64,000 nucleotides of DNA from the human T2T-CHM13v2.0 reference genome, Homo sapiens, in NCBI RefSeq assembly GCF_009914755.1, contig NC_060926.1. One strand, given 5' to 3'. Both the position numbers and the translations under genes were made by a program. Position 1 is the first letter of the stretch; every line of letters starts with the position of its first letter. Below, in pieces: positions 1-11,792 of the stretch. Under the pieces are notes generated by a model that did no database searches, was not told the DNA's origin, and was given only the letters and a program-made list of their open reading frames with translations.

Positions 1-46
1 TCAAATTGTTCCTGTTTGCAGATGACATGATTGTGTATCTAGAAAG
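1..46 (+). mobile_element. L1 ORF2 fragment, reverse-transcriptase catalytic motif region
   Basis: ctgtttgcagatgacatgattgtgtatctagaa translates as LFADDMIVYLE, the L1 RT F/YADD motif; truncated by the window start. Confidence 0.9.
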
Positions 47-196
47 CACCTGCTTCTTCTTTGTCTTCCACCATGATTGTAAGTTTCCTGAGGCCTCCCC
101 AGCAATGCTGAGCTGTGAATCAATTAAACCTCTTTCCTTCATAAATCACCCAATCTTAGGTATTTCTTCATAGCAGTGTGAAAATGGACTAATAAA
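47..196 (+). mobile_element. THE1/MST-family (MaLR) LTR, 3' part (THE1D-like)
   Basis: ccatgattgtaagtttcctgaggcctcccca...aattaaacctctttcc...ggactaata matches the THE1/MST LTR 3' end. Confidence 0.85.
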
Positions 197-924
197 GTGC
201 ACAGATTTTTTTTTAACTTTTGTATCCCAATATGACTTCAATTGATTGGTCTGTGAATTTCTACTTGTCTTACCGCCGTCCTTTAGAATCATTATTTTAG
301 CAATCTAACCTCTCCTTGCCATTCCAATTTTCTTGGCATACAGACCACAGTAAGAGAATAATCTAATCCTCCCTATTCAATTGCTGGTTTTGTAGAAGGA
401 CCAAATTATATGATCAGAGCAATGAGCACAGATGAGAAACAGCTGTGAATGGTATAGTCCCAGCCTCTTTGTAGACATTTCACGAAATATCATATCTGCG
501 AATGAATTCCTTAGGGCCTCTATTATCCATAGCTTTTTGCATCCAAGGGGAGTATAGCACAGGGTTTCAAGCATGGTCAGGCAGTGGTGAGCATGCATTT
601 GAAATTTTTGGTCACCAAATTGCCATGAGGAGTCGGCATGTTGGTGAAGTGTGCTCTGACTCCCATGTCTCCATGTGTGTGTTGTGGGCCTGTGTGGAGG
701 TTAACTGCTCAGTTTAACTACATGTTTAGCCAGATGAATAGAAGAGGGGAAAAGTGTCTTCTTTCTTTGAACTTCTTACTTCCCTGGTGAACCTTCATGA
801 CTACCCCATCTCAGTGAGCCAGCACCCCATTCTCTGCCAGTCAGAGTCACACACTCACTACCTGAAGCCGCCTTGTTCATTGCTTGCTTGGTGCCTGCTT
901 CCTGCCATGGAAATGGAAACTTCC

Positions 925-990
925 TGGCTGGACTTGGTTTTGTTTACCACTGTATCCCCATTACCTGAACTAGGTGCTCAAATACAGAAT
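925..990 (+). mobile_element. L2 3' end fragment
   Basis: tttgtttaccactgtatcccca...taggtgctcaa resembles the L2 tail. Confidence 0.5.
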
Positions 991-1186
991 TTTAGTAGAG
1001 AATGCTGCCTTTCACGCAAGTGAGAGAAAAACAAATGAAGGCTTACATGTATTTGCCTGAATGTACATAAAATATCTCTGAGAGCATGATGCACATCTGA
1101 TAACATTGATTGCTTTGAGTGCCAGGAAAGAGGGAGATTTTTCACTATTTACCCTTTTGAACCTCTTGAGTTTTTACTGTACAAGT

Positions 1187-2030
1187 CAGTCATGTGCTGT
1201 ACAGGGATGTTCTGGTCAATAATGGATGGCATATATGGTGGTGGTCCCATAAGATTATAATGGAGCTGAAAAATTCTCATCACCTAGGTACGTACGTCTT
1301 GACGATTCTGACTCTGTGTAGGTCTAGGCTAATGTGTGTGTCTCTGTCTGCTTTTTAACAAAAAAAGTTTAGAAAGTAAAAAATAAAAACTTTTTAAATA
1401 GGAAAAAGTTTATGGAATAAGGATAGAAAAAATATTTTAATACAGCTGTACAATGTGTTTGTGTTTTAAGCTGTGTTGTTACAAAAGGGTCAAAAAGTTT
1501 TCTTTTAATTTTGAAGTTTATAAAGTAAAAAAGGTGGTACAGTAAGCTAAGGTTGATCTATTAGTGAAGAAAGAAATTTTCTAAAATAAATTTAGTGTTG
1601 CCTACGTGTAGTGTTTATAAACTCTATAGTACTCTACAGTCACATTCTAGGCCTTCACATTCACGCACCCGTCACCCACTGACTCACCCAACTTGCAGTC
1701 CTGCAAACTCCACTTACTGTAAGTGCCTCACACAGGTGTACCATTTTAAAAAATATTTCATACCTTATTTGTACTATACCTTTTCTTTTAGATATGTCTA
1801 GATATAAAAATACTTACCATTGCATTACAATTGCCTAAAATATTCTGTCCAGTAACATGCTGTACACATTTGTAGTCTAGAGCAATAGGTTATACCATAC
1901 AGCCTAGGCACGTAGTAGGCTAGAACATCTAGGTTTGTATCAGTGCATGCTATGATGTTCACATAATGACGAAATTGCCTAATGACACATTTCTCAGAAG
2001 GTATCCTCATTGTCAAGTGACACATGACTG
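1187..2030 (+). mobile_element. Tigger3 (GOLEM)-family TcMar DNA transposon, non-autonomous; appears to interrupt an old L1M 3' fragment
   Basis: Terminal inverted repeats cagtcatgtg (1187) and cacatgactg (2030) followed by TA; internal ggtcccataagattataatggagctgaaaaattc is typical of Tigger3. Confidence 0.85.
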
Positions 2031-4420
2031 TATTTTGAATATGTGATTGTATTAATGATTCAAAACCAGATGATTAAAGTTTTAAAAAATGGAGTGCTCT
2101 ATTCTTGAGAGCAGAGCTTAGATGCCTCTGAAGAGTATAATTATTTTTCCATTATTGTCAGTCCTATGAGCCTTTATGCTCTTTGGTTGTCTAGGGGAGT
2201 CCAAATCATCCTACACTTTTACATATTTCACCTCATCATCTTCAAATATTAATCAAATATAACAATATTAAAAGACTCTTACCCCTAATTCAGATTATTC
2301 TATGCCATGAGAGAAAAAAATTGAATGAACCAATTACACAGGAAGGAGGGAATTGCATAATTAAGAACATTCATGATGGTTTTACTGAACAGCATTAAAA
2401 CAGTCCATTTTCCAATCATTCATTGCTTTTATTGGACACCATCCTGACTTAATAGAATGGTTCTTCTTAACGCTGTTAATTTCTGGAAGAGCTCCAAGGC
2501 AAATGAAATCTCAATACTCATGTTCTGGGAATACAAGTTGTGAAACAGTGGAGGTAGGGGGTATGGGGGAGGTCTCGTTGAAGATCAGTTTCACCCTGCA
2601 ATCTGACAGGGCTTTTCATTCCTCATCATAACCTCCACACTTTATCTCCATGCTTTCCCCAGCCTCTAGAATGATCAGTCACACTAAACAAGATTCAGGC
2701 AGACAACTCTGAGAGGACAAGGAGAGAAGCTCAAACCGTACTATAGACAAACTATTTCATGCTTTTCATTGTCTGCTTGCCCCACACAAGGGAGTTGTAC
2801 ATGAGTGATTTTAGCTCATGTAATTATCTCAAATAATGATAATAACATTAAGAAGAAGAATATTAATAACAATACCATTGCTCTTATGGATTGATCCAAT
2901 ATCTTACCTCGAAAGAGGCCCAGGCTTTTTTATGGATATGATTAGGGTCACCCTTGCTGTGGACTAGCATAGGAGGCTGAGTGCAGCTCTTGATGACACT
3001 GCTTCTTAAATGCCTGAAGATTGAAATGACCCCAAATCCTCTATCTCCTGCCTACCATCCAATATTCTTCTCTCTAAAGCACATTGGGGCAGTTAGGTAT
3101 GCTCCTGGCTAAAGGAAGATACAGCAAAACAGTCAACAAGTTTATGAAAAATTCATTGCTAAAATTGAGAACTAAAGGAATCACACTTTTATCACAACAC
3201 AGTCAATTTAACCACAATATATCTCTGGGATTATAACTCTGAAGTACTCCAAACATTTCTTGATATGTACAAAATATTGATGCAGACTTTGCTGATTAAA
3301 AAATGTGTGTTCTTTTAGGTAAGGTAGAAGTTTCTTTTTTATTCTCTAGGGGAAAAAAGCTTGCCTCCCTAATTAGAAGGGTAAAAATAACTCCAAAAGC
3401 AACATGTACCATAAGTAAATAAACTTCTTTCAAACATTTTCAAAGTATTTATTTACTTATAAGCAACAAGTAAGTTTGCTTAGAAGACATTCATAAACCA
3501 GAAAATATCTCCCTCTATTCACTTGAAAAAGGCAGCACGGCATTAATTTTTAAGGATCTTATAATTAAAACTTTCCTAAATTCTTACAAATGAATGAAGT
3601 TTTTACAAAGTCTAACATACCTATTACATTGAAATGTGTACACATCTGAACAGTTTTTAGGTGAGTACATTTTCTACCTTCATTTCAAAATTTTCTTCTT
3701 AGGCTGACCACACTGAAATACGAATAATGAAAACACAAAATTTCATGGTTTCTCTGGATATGGATCAAAAGATTACACTAAAATAAAAAATAAATTACAC
3801 TTATTAGATGTTTGGCTTACTTAACCCAAGCATGTGGTGTGCAAACATTGTTGAGGAGTATCATTCAAGATATTTAGCAATCAACAAAATTTAGATAACA
3901 AACAATGAGAACAGATGCCTGCCAGCTTATAGTCAGTACTGCTGTATTGGTGCCTGCTTGTGAAATATCAATTCTGATGGTCTGAAAGCAGGCCCCTGCA
4001 AAGACAGCCTAGTTTCTGTCCTTGGCAGGGGTCCCCCTGCAGTGGTAGAGCTCCCTGGGACTCCCTAGACAGCCATACGATCACTGCTTCTCTTGATGTA
4101 CCAAAGGTTAACAAATCACAGACAAGAAAATTGACAAGACTGATGGGCATATAAATATTTGTTTATTACAATGTGCACTGTAGCCATCCCATTTAAGTAT
4201 ACAGGTTAATTAAATCATAGATGCATGTTCTAAGAATGAGATTGATTTTCAAAGTGCTCTGTGTCTGTGTCCACAGACTCAAGCCAGTTCAAAAAACCAT
4301 CAGTTTAATTTTTATCAAGCAATCAACTAACAATAAGTTATTTTCATATTTCTTTGAATTAATCTTCTAACTCTGGCTATAAATTTAAAGCATTCGGAAT
4401 ATATATTTTTTAAAAAACTA

Positions 4421-4722
<302 letters not shown>

Positions 4723-5081
4723 ACCCACCTCCCAGTACTACGAAAAATCATTTTAATAATTGGTTAAATTCAAACAATTTATAATAGGAGCCCAGATAAT
4801 TAAACCCAAACTCCCATTCTTTTCAGAAATCCCCTCTCCCAGATTTTTGAGTAAATCTGTTTGATAACATCTAGCTGTGAGGAGTTCATTATATGTCATG
4901 AGTACCTTTCTGATTAACAGTTTATTTTACTCATTCTAGATGTATGCCACTTTTATCTTGGGAGCTTTTGTTTGTTGGTTGGGTGTGTTGTTACATTTTG
5001 CTCATATTGTTTGTAGCTTGTAAACTGATTCCCACAGGTGGGAAACTGCAATAAGTAATAAGGACAGTACACACTCCGTAC

Positions 5082-5351
5082 TGCATCTGCAGATTCAACC
5101 AACCACTGAAAGAAAATGTAGTTAGGCCTACAATGACTGCATGTGTACTGAACATGTACGGACTTTTTGTTCTTGTCATTATTCTCTAAACAACACAGTA
5201 TAACTACCATTTATATATATAGCATTTAAATTGCATTAGATATTATACCTAATCTAGAGATGATTTAAAGTGTATAGGAGCATGTGCATAGCTTATATGC
5301 AAATACTACACCATTTCATATAAGGGATTTGAGCATCCATGGATTTTGGTA
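5082..5351. mobile_element. MER2/MER2B (Tigger-derived) DNA transposon
   Basis: gtactgaacatgtacggactttt...ctagagatgatttaaagt...atatgcaaatactacaccattt...gagcatccatggattttggta matches MER2. Confidence 0.8.
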
Positions 5352-5853
5352 AGGAATTGAGGGAGATAGTACTTTCTAGCATGCTTCCAGTGGGAGGAAT
5401 AAAAATAAAAGTTTCTTCAGAATACGCTCTTCCACATTCTTGGAAGTCTGAAGTATATGGCAAAGTAATGAAAATGAAGAGAAGAAGGTCAAAAATTCAA
5501 CAAATAAGTTATCAATGGGTATTTATTAAACAACTATCGGTGTTCTCAAGATATATTAGCTATTCAGGGGAAAACTACTTGGCCTTTAGCATTAGTGATG
5601 GGCCTATAATGGTTAGATGGAATTATTTGGGTACCTGGGGCTCTGAACTGTCTCTTCAAGGATCGCTAAGGTTTGGAGAGGTGTCAAGAGAGGAAAACAA
5701 TTCTACTCTGGAGCCGAGTGACCCGAAGGTGTAAGAAAATTGAAAATAGAACCTATGGAAGACAGAAAGGAGACCAACTTACCCAGAATGGAGAATGGGC
5801 TGAAGAGTGGAGGGATGAGCGGTGCTGCCCAGGATTATCAAAAGCTTTGGGTA

Positions 5854-6171
<318 letters not shown>

Positions 6172-9155
6172 ACAACTTTGGGTATGGAGATAGCCTAGGC
6201 CATTGAGTCTTCCAGGAGATAGAGGGAAAACTTGAGCCCTTTGTGAATAAGCATGCTGACATCATTTGTTTTAGAGATGGGCTCAATAAAGTAAGACATG
6301 ACTCACCCTTCTTGGTAAACTCACAAAATTAAATACAGAGCAAAATTGTGTTTCCATGCCCATTCTATTCCTTAAAAAGTCAAAAAGAATGATTCTAAAA
6401 GTGGTCACAGCCAAATAATGCAAGGACTCTGGGGATTTATCTGAATCAGATCAGCCTTTCCCTCAAAGGTACAAAGCAGACCTATTATACATATGTTTGT
6501 GTCCCCAAAGTAACATTTTTCAAGTGGCATTTCTAGTTTCAATTTCAATTTCAATGTAAAATAGAGTGTAGTTAAAGGGTTCATAGAATACAAATATCCA
6601 ACTGTGAAAAAGTACATTAATTGAAACACTGAAAAACCTGGTGATTCACTTGCTAGTTTTTGGCCATGTAACATGATTTATACATTAATCTGGTAGCATG
6701 AACTAACATTTCAGGCCTTCTTACTATTGCATTAAGTTTCCAGCCAGGTTCTGATTAGTCAAGATAATCCGCTTTTAGTGAGTAACCTAACCTGTTTTGA
6801 ATCTGTACGTGGTGTGTTACCTGTGTTTTATAGTAATGGGACTATTTCAACAGAAGAATGGAATGCCCAAGACACATTTATCAGATATGACAATTCTTCT
6901 ATTGTTGTCACTCTTTGTCAAATGCCACAACCCACGGGCATTTAGCAAACCATAAAGATTTATCATCCGATTCCCTTATTCACTGTCACTTGGATATTTT
7001 GATTTTCGGTTTGACGCCAAGACATCTTCGTTCATTATGTATCATGGATGAAGCATTCAAGCTATGCCTCCTACACGTGAGTTTTGTAAGTTTTAGGCCT
7101 TCTTTCCACCATAAAATATGAACTGTCATGGACAGTGTTCGGTCTATTTATCTCTGAATTACTGCTCCTCACATTAGAGTTTCCACCAGTTGAGTAGAGG
7201 GGGAGAGATGGCTGCTTGTTTGCCCTCAGGAAACAAATATCTGAAGCTGAAAGGCTCTTAACAGTAAGAGCTGAAGCCTAGCAAGAAAACAGTGCAGTGA
7301 TGGTAACTAAGTGAACTAAAGTGCAGAGCCATGGAGCAGGTGACAAGCCTAAGCACTGTTTTTGCTGCTCAGCTCACCCATGGCCCTCTGCTGTGGACTC
7401 ACAGCTCCAAATAAACACAGGGTCAGGAGAAGATGAGAATGAGATCTGATTTACTGATTCCAACCAGCCCAAGACCCATTTAGACAAAAATTGCCCTGTT
7501 ATAGCTTCACAATCTAAGAAGACATTTTTACGTGCAAAAATGTTGGGTGAAATATAATCAAGGATGCACGGAGGGACTCTGAACATATTCTGCCCCCACT
7601 GGGAGTTTTAATCTACACGTCTCCCTCGTTATTGTTTAAGCTGGATTTTCAACCATTCAACTAACTCATCCAGTACTGTTAATGTACTGGCTAGGAGAAT
7701 ACTTTGTCTTTGGTGTTAATACCTCACCCTAAATTGAAGTAAACCTGGCTATAGAGAGGGTGCAATTTATGTTGCCTGCCACGTTCCCTGGTTCGGTAAG
7801 ATTTTCAGTTAAAGTCATCCTCCTTCACTTCCGTTTTGCCCCAGGGAAGGGAGACACATACGCATTCAGCCCTGACAGGTAAGTGCTTGCCACTTATAAA
7901 ATCCAATAAATAAATTCTAAATAAATATATCTGCAAATCGAAACCATTTTGAGCTACTTAACTGAGTGCAAATCTAGTCCTTTGTACACATATTTGTACA
8001 AAGTGTTGCCTGTAATTTTAAAGATGCTTGCCTCCGGGAGGTTTCGTTTTTCCATTGAAGTCCCCCTGATTTACTGTACGCAATATGTTACAGCTTCCTT
8101 ATTTGCTCCTTTGGGACGGTTACTGACAGTAAATCTCTATTAAAATATTCTTCCATATGGTTGCATGAAAATTTTATTGCAGTGAGCCTGGGGCTGAAGG
8201 TCACAGCTGAGTAGCTGCAGTTAAGTATTGCAGTCTATGGACTAGGAGGTACATCTGTTCTGGGAGCTGGAGTAAAATTAGAATTTTACTGTCAATAGCA
8301 TTTCTCCAAAACTAGTTAACATTTGTTTACTGTAGCTGGCTGGGCCTTTTCTTCCGCAGTACCTAAAATGCATGTCACCAGGCCCCACACCAATCTCTTT
8401 CGGGGTGGAAGTTTTAATACAGAATCTGCTGAACCTGAAGGTCACCTAAGAAGTCCCTAATGGATATTTCATTTATGATACATGAAAATTTAATTTTATC
8501 TCTTCTAATTTGAATCTATTGCTCCCTCACATTGGTTTTAGCTATAACTCATTGTTTGTTCTAAAAGCTTCTAGGATAGCAGATCATACAAACTTAATAA
8601 ATACTACCAAAGTATGACTTTTAAATCTGCATTTCTGGGGCTTATGAGACAGTACCCAAGCAACAAGTTTTCATTACTTTATATGTTTGATTGGAGAGGG
8701 TGAGATAGATTGGACACCATTTAGCTGGGATTATGATGTCATTACTTCAAGTGTTTGTAGATAATACTCATCCCTGAAAAGACTGGGAAAACCAAGGGAC
8801 TTTTGAAAACATAATTCCACTCAATCAATGTGGCTACATAAGCATGCTTTATGGCTATACACAACACATTTAGCAACTGGGAGCTGGGGTCAGCCAAGTG
8901 CCAATTGTTTAATGTCAACATTTTAAAAAAGGAAACATTCAACTATGGTTTTAAGCCTATCTTTCTCAGCAGGGTGACATCCAGCCTAGACTCCAAATCC
9001 ACCCCAACACCTCCCACGTCAAAGCACTGTGAGTAAGTTACAAGGAAAAACCAGCCCAAGCAGTTCCCAGGGCTTTGGCTGTGTCTCCACAAAGAATGAT
9101 GCTCAGCAGCGTTCCATCCCAGCCTTCATCCAAACAGTAATCTGATCTGTAGATT

Positions 9156-9637
9156 TGTAACCCAGGGTCCCCAGGTTTTTGGGTATCACTGTGAAAAAGT
9201 ACCCATTTGTAACTGTTGCATCTTGAGCTCTTATTTCAAAAAGTTCGAGGTAGAAGCTCAGTCCTGGAAAAACAAAAACTGGTTGGATCCAGAGGTGCCT
9301 GACTTGGAGATGAACTTTGGGGAGCTTTCCTCATTACCACCCTAAAAACCTCACCCAGGGAGGAACTTATTTGCCATTTTGTACATATGTGATGCATGTG
9401 GAAGCATGATCAGTGACTGCACCTGTGCTGCCTTTACTCCACCTCTACATATAGTAACTCAGCTAACTAGCTGAATAAAAGCCCTGTGTTCACCTTTGGT
9501 CAAGAAGGCAGTGCTGTGGGAGCTATCCTCAGTGCCCTCTTTGTTGCAAGTAATAAAATCGCATTGTTAAATCCTCTTTGGTTGTGATTGGACTGTCACT
9601 CACCAAGAGATCAAACCCACCCATTGTATGAGTAACA
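9156..9637 (+). mobile_element. Solo ERV LTR (probably ERVL, LTR53-like; subfamily uncertain)
   Basis: tgtaac...gtaaca termini, ~480 bp, two internal aataaa, LTR-like U3/R/U5 composition. Confidence 0.65.
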
Positions 9638-9738
9638 GATCCAGAAATTTGAGTGACTCTGTAGCAGGTTTTTTCTTTTGATACTGATTAATTCCAAACC
9701 TTATTTCTGAGACTCCATTGATTATCTCGTATTATTTC

Positions 9739-10166
9739 TATTACCAAAACACCAGAGTTTGTTCTAGATCCTGATGCTCACTACACAGAAAGCCAATCAC
9801 TGAGACACTGAGTATTGGCAAGGAAGAAGGCTTTAATTGGGTGCTACAGCTGAGGAGATGGGAGCCCAGTCTCACATCCATCTTCCTGACTGACTAAAAC
9901 CAGGGGTTTATAGAGCAGGGAATAAATGTAACAATGTGTAAGAAGACAAGAACTAGGGAGGGACAAGGAAGCAATACTGATGAATGAGGGGTACCCATGG
10001 TGATCTGGTGAGTGTCAGTTCTTTGATACTTTTTTTGAGAGGCCTAAAGTCCTCTCCTGAGGAAGGAACTCAGATTAAATAAATACAAGTTTCAAGCTTT
10101 AAGACCAGAAGGATCAATTTATGTTAGACAAAAAGAACTATCTATGAGAGTATTGGGTTGGTTTCA
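9739..10166 (-). mobile_element. Solo LOR1-family (ERV1) LTR
   Basis: Reverse strand starts tgaaacc and ends ...ggtgttttggtaata; ctgagttccttcctcagg and agtatcaaagaactgac match LOR1; 4-bp TSD tttc on both sides. Confidence 0.75.
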
Positions 10167-10205
10167 TTTCCAGAAGTTTAGGGAAATTTTCAAAGCAAAT
10201 ATTAA

Positions 10206-10499
<294 letters not shown>

Positions 10500-10619
10500 T
10501 AATTTGTGTATTTTTAAGCATGTGTCACCATAGTAATGTAGGTAGTAGAGGGAGATCCAGAGAAAAGTGAAAAAAAAAAAAGGGGGCAGAAAAGGCATTA
10601 GATAGAGCAAAGAAGTTAC

Positions 10620-10850
10620 ATTCACTGAGTGCCAACCAGGGCCAAGCCCTGATGCTTTGCAAAGTACTAGCTCTCATAATTCTCACACAATCTCTATGAG
10701 TTAAACACAATTATTATTCCCATTTTACAGATGGCAAAACTAAAGGGCAGAGAGATTAAGTAACATGTTCAGTCACACTGCTGGGAAGCAGAGCTGGATT
10801 CAAAACAATATAGCCCCAGTGCCTGTGTCATTAATCACTGTACTCCACTG
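10620..10850 (-). mobile_element. MIR SINE
   Basis: Antisense MIR core attattcccattttacagatgg...gagattaagtaac. Confidence 0.8.
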
Positions 10851-11247
10851 CTTCTTGGATGAGGAGGGTGGTGGGAAAGACATTGAGGGTCTGAAATGAT
10901 TCCGGATTAGGTTTCAGATAAATGCCCAGATCGTGCTATTTGGCTCCAAGATGAAGTCTGAATACATCTACTGTCTCTGATATTGATGTTGACAAGGATC
11001 ATGCTCTTGACACCCAGTGGTGAGAACAGATGTGGAACAAGGTAAACGTCAACAACTCTAACAGCACCTTCAAGAAATATATAGTGAGGTGAAAGAGTTC
11101 AGTTTGATGGATCTGATGAACTAGGCACAATCTCTTCCCTGCAAAAAATTGCTCCTTTCAAAAAGAAACATATTTCAGATGCAGGTTACCATGGACTAAA
11201 TTCTTAACCTCACCTCCATTACTTTCATTCTGCATGCACCCTCAGCA

Positions 11248-11272
11248 ACACACACACACACACACACACACA
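11248..11272. repeat. (CA)n microsatellite
   Basis: About 12 CA units visible. Confidence 0.95.
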
Positions 11273-11611
11273 ATGTTTGGGCAAAAGAGAAACTAAATGC
11301 TGAGAAGGCCAATGAGAAGGCTGTAGCAGAAAGAGGTAAATATGGGAGGGAAGTCTAAGCCAAAATTCCTCATGAAGAGCTAAGGATTGAACTTTAAGGA
11401 AGATCCAATATAGGGGCACATCCAGAGGACCTGTGGCAGAACTAGAACCTGGGCTTGGTACCAGGGGCTCTAAGTGGAAAAGAGGTGCGATAAAAACAAC
11501 AGAAAAGGGTGTATGAGATTGCCCAGAGCAGCCTTGAGGCATCAGTGCCTCAAGTGTGTACCACATTCAGCAGGCTCAAAGGATCAGAGATTGATTTGCT
11601 TTTCAACAGAT

Positions 11612-11792
11612 ATTGTTTTAAACTGTATTTCGGCATAACTTTAGACTCACTTGGAAGTTGCATAAAGAGAATGGAGAGTTCCCATATATCCTTTCCTCAC
11701 CTTCTCCTGATGATAAGTACTAGGATCAAAACCAGGAAAGTGACGTTGATACAATACTTTTAACTAAACTACAGACCTTATTTGCATTTCAT
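11612..11792 (-). mobile_element. Old L1M (L1MC-like) 3' UTR fragment
   Basis: taactttagactcac...gaagttgc...gagagttcccatatatcc...aactaaactacagaccttattt resembles an antisense L1MC 3' end. Confidence 0.6.
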
